Both the position numbers and the translations under genes were made by a program. DNA of 62,891 nucleotides from a virus (Duplodnaviria; Caudoviricetes), in the IMG/VR virus record IMGVR_UViG_3300027754_000089, positions 1 through 62,891 of that record. One strand, written 5' to 3'. This document shows, piece after piece, positions 55,350 through 62,891 of the stretch (position 1 is the stretch's first letter; each line of letters starts with the position of its first letter). The notes under the pieces are model-generated. The model saw only the letters and a list, made by a program, of their open reading frames with translations, had not been told where the DNA came from and ran no database searches.

Positions 55350-56234
55350 ATGACTACAACTACACCACGTTTCAATCTCGATACATGCACACTACTCGTT
55401 GAGTTCAACGCATCTGTGTGGACAGCACGCAAGCTCGACAAGACAACCACGACTGAGGTCGTGGCAAGCAAGCACGCGGGGTCTAAGGATGCCGCTCGTG
55501 TCAACAAGCACTTGCTCGCAGGGCGTACAGAACTCGATGTCATTCAACAAGCCGTTGGTCGTGCTCGTCAGTTTGTGTACGACAAGACCTTGCCTTGGTC
55601 TGACTCAGGCTTGCGTCTCTTGCCTACTGTTAACTTTATGCAGTTCACCGAGCGGATGAATGACTTCGATGAGGAGATCAGCGCCTTGGTCAAATCATTC
55701 GTGGCTATTTATCCTACGCTCATCACGGCTCAGGCGATGGCTCTCGGTGATATGTTCAAGAGAGATGACTACCCAACGGCCAACGAGATACTCACCAAGT
55801 TCTCGTTCAGGGTCAACTACATGCCTGTACCTACATCAGGGGACATTCGTGTAGACGTTGGCAACCAAGCGCAGAAAGAACTCAACGATAGGTTGCAAGC
55901 CTTGACTCAGGAGCGCATCGACAATGCGATGAATGACATCAAGACCCGCCTACTCGATCACCTCAAGCGCATGTCCGATAGGCTCACGACTGACTACGTT
56001 GCGGGCGAGGCCAAGCAGAGAAGATTCCACGACACGTTGGTAGATGGTGCCTTGGATCTGTGCGACATGGCCAAGTCCTTGAACGTGACCAATGACGTGG
56101 GGCTTGAGCAAGCACGCAAAGAGTTAGAGCAATTGCTCACCGGTGTAACTCCCGACGAGTTACGTAAGAACGAGGCTATCCGTCAAGATGTCAAGAAGAA
56201 CGTCGACTCTATCCTCAGTAAGTTTGATTTTTAA
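55350..56234 (+). CDS. DUF3150-like helical protein
   Basis: WTARKLD...TLPWSDSGLRLLP...DYP; follows AAA/vWA pair. Confidence 0.6.
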   Translation: MTTTTPRFNLDTCTLLVEFNASVWTARKLDKTTTTEVVASKHAGSKDAARVNKHLLAGRTELDVIQQAVGRARQFVYDKTLPWSDSGLRLLPTVNFMQFTERMNDFDEEISALVKSFVAIYPTLITAQAMALGDMFKRDDYPTANEILTKFSFRVNYMPVPTSGDIRVDVGNQAQKELNDRLQALTQERIDNAMNDIKTRLLDHLKRMSDRLTTDYVAGEAKQRRFHDTLVDGALDLCDMAKSLNVTNDVGLEQARKELEQLLTGVTPDELRKNEAIRQDVKKNVDSILSKFDF

Positions 56235-56244
56235 GGAGAAGACA

Positions 56245-56481
56245 ATGCGCGATAAACGGGTCGTGCCTTACGACACAGGTAAGGTAAAGATAGGGGAGCG
56301 GTACGTACCGCCCCCTCCCCCGATGGATGAACAAGCCGAGCAGATCCAAGCGGGTCTGCTTGAGATTCATCCGTGGTATGTCACAACTTTCCGCAACACG
56401 TTGCTATACGTGTTTGCGTGTTTGCTTGCCTTGGCATTATTTTTAATCATATCTTTTATGGAAAGGAACGGTCATGCCTGA
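56245..56481 (+). CDS. Small membrane protein
   Basis: AAGGAG RBS; PYDTGKVKIG; C-terminal TM. Confidence 0.65.
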   Translation: MRDKRVVPYDTGKVKIGERYVPPPPPMDEQAEQIQAGLLEIHPWYVTTFRNTLLYVFACLLALALFLIISFMERNGHA

Positions 56482-57001
56482 TATTAAGAGTGCTTTGGCC
56501 AAAGCTTTGGATGAATGGTCACGCGAAGAAGAAACACAATTTAAACAACCCGAGGAGAAACAAATGGATCCACGCAGTAACATGCCACAAACTTTTAAAA
56601 TAACCAACAACATCGCACGCAGAACGTTTGAATACGTGCGGGACAACCCTGGCCTCAAAGCCAAAGAAGTGGGGCGACACTTTGGGTCTCTTGGGCTTAA
56701 GCCTCATTCAGCGGTAGCTATGATGTCAGCATCGGTAGCGAATGGCATTATGCGTAGAGACGAGAACTCAAGATACTACACAACCATACCTGAGTACAGG
56801 CCACTAAAGAAACTTAAACCCAAAGACAAACCAAGCGCAGGCATTGCCGCGCTACCAGTCAAACGCGTGGAGAAAAAGGTAGAACGTGTGGAGAGGGTTA
56901 TGCCTATACAACAATCTACGGCAAGCACTATACTAGGTACCCTCAATGTAGTTGAGGCCAAGAAACTTTATCAAGAACTCAAAGTAATATTCGAGGGATA
57001 A
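56474..57001 (+). CDS. Putative winged-helix DNA-binding protein
   Basis: FEYVRDNPGLKAKEV...GIMRRDENSRYY. Confidence 0.55.
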   Translation: MPDIKSALAKALDEWSREEETQFKQPEEKQMDPRSNMPQTFKITNNIARRTFEYVRDNPGLKAKEVGRHFGSLGLKPHSAVAMMSASVANGIMRRDENSRYYTTIPEYRPLKKLKPKDKPSAGIAALPVKRVEKKVERVERVMPIQQSTASTILGTLNVVEAKKLYQELKVIFEG

Positions 57002-57002
57002 A

Positions 57003-57251
57003 ATGAAAAAATACGATGGACTCGACGATGCAATTATTGGCCCCGCATCTATATGGCGAGATGGTACGCAAGTATCTGTACTGGTCTACGATGCCGAGGA
57101 GATAAGAAAAATATTCATGCTGAGAGATGGCATGGATGCAGATGAGGCACGCGAGTTCATCGAGTACAACATCGAAGGCGGGTACATAGGTAAAGACACG
57201 CCTGTTTTAGTATGGAGAGACGACTTATGGTGGGAGGACGAAGATGATTGA
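57003..57251 (+). CDS. Small acidic phage protein
   Basis: DGLDDAIIG...EAREFIEYNIEGGYIG.TP. Confidence 0.7.
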   Translation: MKKYDGLDDAIIGPASIWRDGTQVSVLVYDAEEIRKIFMLRDGMDADEAREFIEYNIEGGYIGKDTPVLVWRDDLWWEDEDD

Positions 57252-57507
57252 TTTTATTTTAAACATATTGACGTGGTTCCTGATAATGCTTGGCATCGGC
57301 AGCATAGGGATCTTTGTGTGGTTTGTTGTATGGACAATGACAGGGGAGATAGACAAATGAATAAATTTTTAGTTCAAAATGAATTTGGCGTATGGGTAGT
57401 TGATATCTTTGCTTTGTGGTTAAGCACTCACAAACTAGGTGAAATTGACAATCCAAACCCTGTACACAACGAGGTAGCCGTAGATATATTTTTGATTGGA
57501 GTTGGCA

Positions 57508-57741
57508 ATGATTAAAACACCTGAAGACGAAGAGTTCGAGCGCATCGAGAAAGAATCAGGATGGCGCAAGAGGCAAGTGCAAGCAAGCATTGAAGATGAC
57601 GATGACATTCAAGACTACAAAAAGCCTTGGGCAGGGTTGACTGATGAGGAGATACAGGAATGCCTGAAGGGTTTACCAACAGAAACCATCGATGTTTACG
57701 CAAGACGCATTGAGAAAGCTTTAAAGGATAAGAACACATGA
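57508..57741 (+). CDS. Hypothetical protein
   Basis: GGAG RBS; KPWAGLTDEEI...IEKALKDKN. Confidence 0.65.
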   Translation: MIKTPEDEEFERIEKESGWRKRQVQASIEDDDDIQDYKKPWAGLTDEEIQECLKGLPTETIDVYARRIEKALKDKNT

Positions 57742-57938
57742 AAAAAATAATGACTGAACGCTTTGCCATCCTTGGCAAGAACAACTTATACCTTAAACCA
57801 TTCATTGATGACACGCCGTATCTGCTATTTAAAACAAAAAAAGATGCAGAGAAAGTTGTTGCGTTGGAACCCGCAAGCAAATATAAAATTGTCAGGGTAC
57901 GAGTAACCATCGAACCCGCACAAGGAATTTTGAGCTAA
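57738..57938 (+). CDS. Hypothetical protein
   Basis: AAGGA RBS; coupled. Confidence 0.6.
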   Translation: MKKIMTERFAILGKNNLYLKPFIDDTPYLLFKTKKDAEKVVALEPASKYKIVRVRVTIEPAQGILS

Positions 57939-58105
57939 GGATATCATTTAGTCCCAACGCGTATAAGCCTAGTAGATGCGACTACATTTTGGGGGTGCAA
58001 GAGGGCCTTAGCTTAAATTGAAAAATTCTCTTTTGCACCTATCTCCTAGCACGACGAGGGGCGTGTAATCTACTTATCCCCTCACCTTTAACTTTGGAGA
58101 ACACA

Positions 58106-58387
58106 ATGGCAACACCAGAAGCAACAGTTAAAAAACATATCAGAAACATACTCAATGAGAAAGGAGTTTATTATGCAATGCCCATCGGAACTGGATACGG
58201 AAATTCAGGAGTGCCTGACTTCCTTGTATGCCATCAAGGAAAATTTATCGGTATTGAAGCGAAAGCAGGAACCAATAGACCAACAACGCTACAAGAAGAT
58301 CACCTTTACCGTATTAGACAAACTGGAGGGATCTCCTTGGTGGTCAATGAAACAAACCTAGATGAACTAAGGAGGATACTAGAATGA
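58106..58387 (+). CDS. VRR-NUC domain nuclease (resolvase-like)
   Basis: GVPDFL...GIEAKAG...LQ. Confidence 0.85.
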   Translation: MATPEATVKKHIRNILNEKGVYYAMPIGTGYGNSGVPDFLVCHQGKFIGIEAKAGTNRPTTLQEDHLYRIRQTGGISLVVNETNLDELRRILE

Positions 58388-58656
58388 ACTTAGACGAAAA
58401 AGAATTAGAAAGACGCATTGCGCAAATGACCGAAGAAGAGCAAGTGCACTTCAAAGCAACGATACATGTCTTGGCATCGTGTTATGGAGAAGAAGCTCAT
58501 AGCGCTGTGTTGATACTCAAGGACGATAGCCCATTGGCGCAAGTGATACATTTCAATTGCAACGACATGGAAGCTACTGGCATTGTGCACTCAGCCTCGC
58601 GGTACTATGATTTTATTAACGTGGTGGATGCCCCGCCCAAGGAGAACTTTAATTGA
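58384..58656 (+). CDS. Hypothetical protein
   Basis: AAGGAGG RBS; coupled. Confidence 0.7.
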   Translation: MNLDEKELERRIAQMTEEEQVHFKATIHVLASCYGEEAHSAVLILKDDSPLAQVIHFNCNDMEATGIVHSASRYYDFINVVDAPPKENFN

Positions 58657-60635
58657 CAAAACCCTACGACAGAATATTAACAATTGACTTTGAGACGCGT
58701 TGGTCTAAAACAGACTACACGCTCTCTAAGATGACCACAGAGGAGTACATACGAGATGATAGGTTTACCGCGTTCGGAGCTTGTATACATGAGTATGGAA
58801 GCACAGATTCAATTGAATGGTATGGAGGATCAGAACTACCTGAACTCTTTTCAAGTATCGACTGGGGACGAACCGCCGTACTTGCACATAATGCACAGTT
58901 CGATATTGCCATACTCGAATGGGTATATTCCTGTCGACCCGCTTTTATCTTCGACTCGCTATCAATGGCGAGAGCTTTACGAGGCGTGGAGGTTGGCAAT
59001 AGTCTTGCCAAACTTGCGGGAGATTTTGGTCTTCCCCCCAAAGGGCAAGCCATACACAGCACAGATGGTCTGGCCGAGTTGGACGAACACGTGGAACTTG
59101 AACTTGCAGACTATTGCAAACACGACGTATATCTGTGCGAACGAATTTTTGAAAGACTCGTACAGGGGTACCCCACCAAAGAACTTAGACTGATTGACAT
59201 GACGCTAAAGATGTTCACGCGTCCAACGCTAGTGCTTGACCCCCTTAAACTATCCAATGCCATCGAAGAAGAGAGGACATCTCGTGAAGAACTATTACAA
59301 AGACTCGGCGTGGAAGAAGTTGAACTGGCGTCGAATCCAAAGTTTGCTGAACAACTACGAAAACTCGGTGTGGTTCCCCCGACTAAGACGAGTAAAACCA
59401 CAGGGAAAGAAACGCTTGCGTTGGCTAAGAATGACGCCCTTTTTCAGGCGCTCCTTAACGGTCAACGTGAAGACGTTACCCTTCTATGTCAAGCGCGTCT
59501 ACGGGTTAAATCAACAACCGAACGCACAAGGGCGCAGAGGTTCTTGGATATTAGTCAGCGAGGTAGTTTACCGGTTCCGCTCTCGTACTATGGCGCTAAA
59601 AGCGGGCGCTGGTCAGCGTCGAAAGGCTCAGCCATCAACATGCAAAACTTAAAGCGGGGGACAAAGGAACGCCCCTCATTCCTACGCGAAGCAATCATGG
59701 CTCCCGATGGGCATCAGTTGGTTGTTGGGGATCTATCTCAAATAGAACCACGTGTCCTTGCATGGCTTAGTGACTACGAAGATATGCTTAACATCTTTAG
59801 GGCGGGCGGTGACCCGTATGCCGCGTTTGGTGCGCAGATGTTTAACGTACCCGGACTCAGCAAAGACGAACACCCCGAACTTAGGCAGTCAGCAAAGAGT
59901 GCGCTCCTTGGTTGCGGTTACGGACTAGGTTGGGCATCGTTCGCTTCACAACTACTGACAGGATTCCTTGGAGCAAAGCCGGTGCGGTACGAGAAAGCGT
60001 TTGCCAAGACGTTGAGCGTTGATTTAGATTACATGACCAAGTTTTTGGATTGGGATGAGAATGCCCTACGCTTGGAGGAGATCCCGCACACCTGTAGCTC
60101 TAAGGAGCTCTTGATACACGCAGTAGCCTCTAAGAAGATCATCGACATTTACCGCGCCACAGCGTACCCCGTTGTAGCGTTCTGGAGTCTGTGCAACACG
60201 TTGCTAGAAAGATCTTTGTTTAATGGTCAAGAATATAAATATAAATGCTTGACATTTCGCAAAGAAGAAATAGAATTACCAAATGGCATGAAACTTTTAT
60301 ATCCCAATTTGAGGATTGAGAAGGACGATGAGGGTAGGAACCAGTATGTATACGGGTCAGACGCTACCAAGCTTTATGCGGGAAAGATTACGAACAATGT
60401 CACACAAGCGTTAGCGCGCATTGTGATGACGGATGGAATGCTCAGAGTATCCAAAAGATACTTCATAGCAGGTACAGTGCACGACGAACAAATCGTAGTC
60501 GTGCCGGATGCTGAAGTAGAAGAAGCTAAGACTTGGGTCTTGGCGCAAATGACTATGGAGCCAAGCTATATGCAAGGCATACCATTAGACGCAGAGGTTG
60601 GCGCTCACAAGCGCTATGGGTTAGCTAAAAATTAA
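58653..60635 (+). CDS. DNA polymerase family A with 3'-5' exonuclease
   Basis: DFET, HNAQFD, YCKHD exo motifs; DLSQIEPR motif A, RQSAKSALLGCGYG motif B, VHDE motif C. Confidence 0.93.
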   Translation: MTKPYDRILTIDFETRWSKTDYTLSKMTTEEYIRDDRFTAFGACIHEYGSTDSIEWYGGSELPELFSSIDWGRTAVLAHNAQFDIAILEWVYSCRPAFIFDSLSMARALRGVEVGNSLAKLAGDFGLPPKGQAIHSTDGLAELDEHVELELADYCKHDVYLCERIFERLVQGYPTKELRLIDMTLKMFTRPTLVLDPLKLSNAIEEERTSREELLQRLGVEEVELASNPKFAEQLRKLGVVPPTKTSKTTGKETLALAKNDALFQALLNGQREDVTLLCQARLRVKSTTERTRAQRFLDISQRGSLPVPLSYYGAKSGRWSASKGSAINMQNLKRGTKERPSFLREAIMAPDGHQLVVGDLSQIEPRVLAWLSDYEDMLNIFRAGGDPYAAFGAQMFNVPGLSKDEHPELRQSAKSALLGCGYGLGWASFASQLLTGFLGAKPVRYEKAFAKTLSVDLDYMTKFLDWDENALRLEEIPHTCSSKELLIHAVASKKIIDIYRATAYPVVAFWSLCNTLLERSLFNGQEYKYKCLTFRKEEIELPNGMKLLYPNLRIEKDDEGRNQYVYGSDATKLYAGKITNNVTQALARIVMTDGMLRVSKRYFIAGTVHDEQIVVVPDAEVEEAKTWVLAQMTMEPSYMQGIPLDAEVGAHKRYGLAKN

Positions 60636-60647
60636 ACAGGAGAAGTA

Positions 60648-60944
60648 ATGAGAATACCAAAGAGAGTAACTGTAGGTAGCACTAAATACAAAGTATTGGT
60701 GAACGATAGCGAGCTTGAAGAGGATGCAATGGGGGCAATCAACTTTGGTTTAAAAATAATTTCAATAAGAACGCAGTTCAATAACGGCAAACGCATAGCC
60801 AAAGAAGAGGTTAGCGACTCGTTTTGGCACGAGATAACACATGCAGTTTTGTTTGATATGGGGCATGAGCTTTATAACAACGAAGTGTTTGTCCGTTCGT
60901 TTGCCAACAAGTTATCCGATGCAATAGATTCAGCAAGGTTCTAA
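60648..60944 (+). CDS. Small zincin-like metallopeptidase
   Basis: FWHEITHA...NE. Confidence 0.65.
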   Translation: MRIPKRVTVGSTKYKVLVNDSELEEDAMGAINFGLKIISIRTQFNNGKRIAKEEVSDSFWHEITHAVLFDMGHELYNNEVFVRSFANKLSDAIDSARF

Positions 60945-60945
60945 A

Positions 60946-61611
60946 ATGAAAAAACCCGCATGGTCACATAGCTCTCTCAAAGATTACGAGGGATGCCAAC
61001 GCCGATACCAAGAAGTCAAGGTCTTAAAGAACTACCCGTTCACTGAGACTGAGGCCACAAGATACGGCAACATCGTACACGAAGCCTTAGAACTTTATGT
61101 GCGGGACGGCACTCCTCTACCTCCTGAGTTTTCCCAATTTCAATCAACCGTAGACGCGTTGCTCAAAAAGGAAGGGCGCAAGCTCGCTGAGTATGAGATG
61201 GCGCTAACCATTGACTTAAAGCCTACGACTTGGAAAGCTAGTGACGTGTGGGTGCGCGGCATTGCTGATTTACTTATTGTGAACGATGACAACCTGACCG
61301 CATGGGTGGCTGACTACAAGACGGGTAACAACAAGTACCCTGACAGAGATCAGTTGGTGCTCATGTCGATCATGGTGTTCACTCACTTCCCCCATATCAG
61401 GAAGGTCAACTCCGCGTTGCTTTTCTTGGTTAAGAATGATATGGTGAGAATGTCCATGACGCATGACCAAGCGGAGAAACATTGGTGGGACTATCGTGAA
61501 AGATACGCCCGCCTTGAGGCGTCCTTTGAGCATGACGTGTGGAACCCCAATCAAACGCCATTGTGCGGTTGGTGCCCTGTGAAAACGTGTGAATTTCATC
61601 CAAAACATTAG
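60946..61611 (+). CDS. PD-(D/E)xK (Cas4/RecB-like) exonuclease
   Basis: C...RGIAD...DYKTG...QL...CGWCPVKTC. Confidence 0.85.
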   Translation: MKKPAWSHSSLKDYEGCQRRYQEVKVLKNYPFTETEATRYGNIVHEALELYVRDGTPLPPEFSQFQSTVDALLKKEGRKLAEYEMALTIDLKPTTWKASDVWVRGIADLLIVNDDNLTAWVADYKTGNNKYPDRDQLVLMSIMVFTHFPHIRKVNSALLFLVKNDMVRMSMTHDQAEKHWWDYRERYARLEASFEHDVWNPNQTPLCGWCPVKTCEFHPKH

Positions 61612-61619
61612 GAGCAACG

Positions 61620-61886
61620 ATGCCTTACGTTAACAAACCAAGACCGTATAAAAAAGAATACGAGAAGTACGACGGTACACCCGCCGTTAAAAAGAAACGT
61701 GCTGAACGCAATCAAGCACGCGCCGAGATGATGAAGGAAGGTAAAGTACATAAAGGAGATGGTAAAGATGTCGATCACAAAAAGCCACTCTCTAAAGGCG
61801 GAACTACATCTAAATCTAATCTTAGGGTCGTCAGCGCGCATGACAACCGATCCTACCCAAGAAAGTCTGACCACAGTCCCAAGTGA
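61620..61886 (+). CDS. HNH endonuclease
   Basis: DVDHKKPLSKGG...NLRVVSAHDNR. Confidence 0.85.
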   Translation: MPYVNKPRPYKKEYEKYDGTPAVKKKRAERNQARAEMMKEGKVHKGDGKDVDHKKPLSKGGTTSKSNLRVVSAHDNRSYPRKSDHSPK

Positions 61887-62067
61887 TTTGTTGATTAACC
61901 TGTGGGTATGCCGGTTTGGAAACGACTGGGTAGACACGCAAGAGGTGGCAGAAGATGACTTCTTTCAAAAAGTAGGGCGAAGACTACGTGCCGAAGGAGA
62001 ACTGGAGATGCACTATCTCACCGATAGAGCGCGATTAATGTGTAGAAAACCAAAAGAGGAGAAGTAA
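61840..62067 (+). CDS. Hypothetical protein
   Basis: LINLWVCRFGNDWV; ATG at 61840. Confidence 0.55.
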   Translation: MTTDPTQESLTTVPSDLLINLWVCRFGNDWVDTQEVAEDDFFQKVGRRLRAEGELEMHYLTDRARLMCRKPKEEK

Positions 62068-62472
62068 ATGAACATATGTCCACACTGCGAACAAAAGATT
62101 CGCAAACTTAATCCGCATAGGATGTGTAGATCAAAAATTGCTTTGTTGAATTACATTGCACAACAAGAAGATTGGGTAAAAATATCAACAGGTTCTCCAA
62201 GACAAGTAGCCGGAGATGCCGCGGTACTTGCCATTAGATTGGAATGGTTCGGCCTTGTAGAGCATGGCCCTCGCAGATCAGGTTTGTACAGAGCCACGCT
62301 TAACGGCATTAATTTTTTAAAAGGGACTCATGCCGTACCCAAAGTTATTTGGTGTAGAGATGGCAGAGTTATTGATCGTGACACCATGTTGGTAACAATC
62401 GGTAGCGTTAAGCACGTGGTATTAGACAACGCGTATTGGAGCGCGTACCCATCTATGCAGAGGAGCGCATAG
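62068..62472 (+). CDS. Hypothetical protein (CPHC, possible winged helix)
   Basis: GAGGAG RBS; coupled to helicase start. Confidence 0.65.
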   Translation: MNICPHCEQKIRKLNPHRMCRSKIALLNYIAQQEDWVKISTGSPRQVAGDAAVLAIRLEWFGLVEHGPRRSGLYRATLNGINFLKGTHAVPKVIWCRDGRVIDRDTMLVTIGSVKHVVLDNAYWSAYPSMQRSA

Positions 62473-62891
62473 TGCAGATCGTAGAAAACAAAGCGCTTGT
62501 TCTACGAACGCGAAACCCCAGTAAGTACGCAATCATTCCTAAACACAAAGTTCTTTCTGAGAATGGTGGTGTGTACGAAGTTGCCGTTTACTGGGGGCTT
62601 GATGAGTCCCGCGTACTTAGAAACCTAGGCGTTAAGAATGTACCGTCCCCCATCACAAGAAGATACACATGGCCGGGCAAGTATTTGCCAATGGCTCACC
62701 AAATAGAAACGTCTGCTTTCCTCACAATGAACCGCCGAGCATTTTGTTTTAACGATCCTGGCACGGGCAAAACATTGTCAGCGCTGTGGGCTGCGGACTA
62801 TTTAATGGAACGCAATGAAGTCAGGCGTGTTCTTGTTCTGTGCCCTTTGTCCATCATGCACAGTGCTTGGATGGGTGACATCAATCGAAGT
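62472..62891 (+). CDS. SNF2-family helicase, N-terminal part (continues at base 1)
   Basis: GTG at 62472 after AGGAG; open frame MQIVENKALVLRTRNP...HQIETSAFLTMNRRAFCFND in frame with ORF 1..1308. Confidence 0.9.
   Translation, partial: MQIVENKALVLRTRNPSKYAIIPKHKVLSENGGVYEVAVYWGLDESRVLRNLGVKNVPSPITRRYTWPGKYLPMAHQIETSAFLTMNRRAFCFNDPGTGKTLSALWAADYLMERNEVRRVLVLCPLSIMHSAWMGDINRS
62727..62891 (+). repeat. Terminal overlap, copy 2
   Basis: Matches 1-165; last 126 bp identical. Confidence 0.95.

Larger units (their letters stand above)
1..62891. mobile_element. Complete circularly permuted tailed bacteriophage genome (podovirus-like, no integrase seen)
   Basis: Terminase, portal, capsid, tail fibres, lysis and replication genes all present; 165-bp end overlap; one gene continuous across the ends. 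Confidence 0.95.

Noticed and set aside
60946-61611. Cas4-like nuclease as evidence of a CRISPR system
   Set aside because: Stand-alone PD-(D/E)xK nucleases are routine in phage replication modules; no array or other cas genes
1-62891. tRNA genes, integrase, phage RNA polymerase, alternative genetic code
   Set aside because: No cloverleaf or relevant catalytic motifs recognised by eye; genes are intact in the standard code. A tRNAscan/HMM run would be needed to exclude them fully
1-62891. Specific host assignment (freshwater betaproteobacterium suspected from overall gene style)
   Set aside because: Cannot be supported from the sequence alone

Overview
The window is essentially one complete, circularly permuted ~62.7 kb tailed dsDNA phage genome. 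Bases 1-165 recur at 62727-62891 with four synonymous differences, and the SNF2 helicase gene runs across that junction. There are two arms. The minus-strand morphogenesis arm (46643 to 6464) encodes terminase, portal, GroES-like protein, scaffold, capsid, adaptors, several tail fibres, lysis genes and four ejection-type proteins including a 3114-aa polyvalent protein; no tail tube, sheath or tape measure is evident, so the virion is probably podovirus-like. The plus-strand early/replication arm (47134 through the junction to 6558) encodes many small early ORFs, a metallopeptidase-vWA / AAA+ / DUF3150-like trio, VRR-NUC, family A DNA polymerase, PD-(D/E)xK nuclease, HNH, SNF2 helicase, an SSB-like protein, an HTH protein and a primase-helicase. 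I found no integrase, RNA polymerase, tRNA or CRISPR array. Most interesting observations: (1) a candidate ~85-nt sRNA with its own promoter and terminator exposing an anti-Shine-Dalgarno sequence complementary to RBSs of the phage's own replication-arm genes; (2) a short hydrophobic-x-x-G-G peptide tag repeated about 20 times across eight unrelated late proteins, suggesting a virion cargo-loading or processing system; (3) a chained double-pseudoknot leader downstream of the capsid gene; (4) two families of palindromic sites; (5) stop-RBS-ATG direct repeats flanking swappable gene cassettes. All product calls come from motif recognition and synteny, not database searches.
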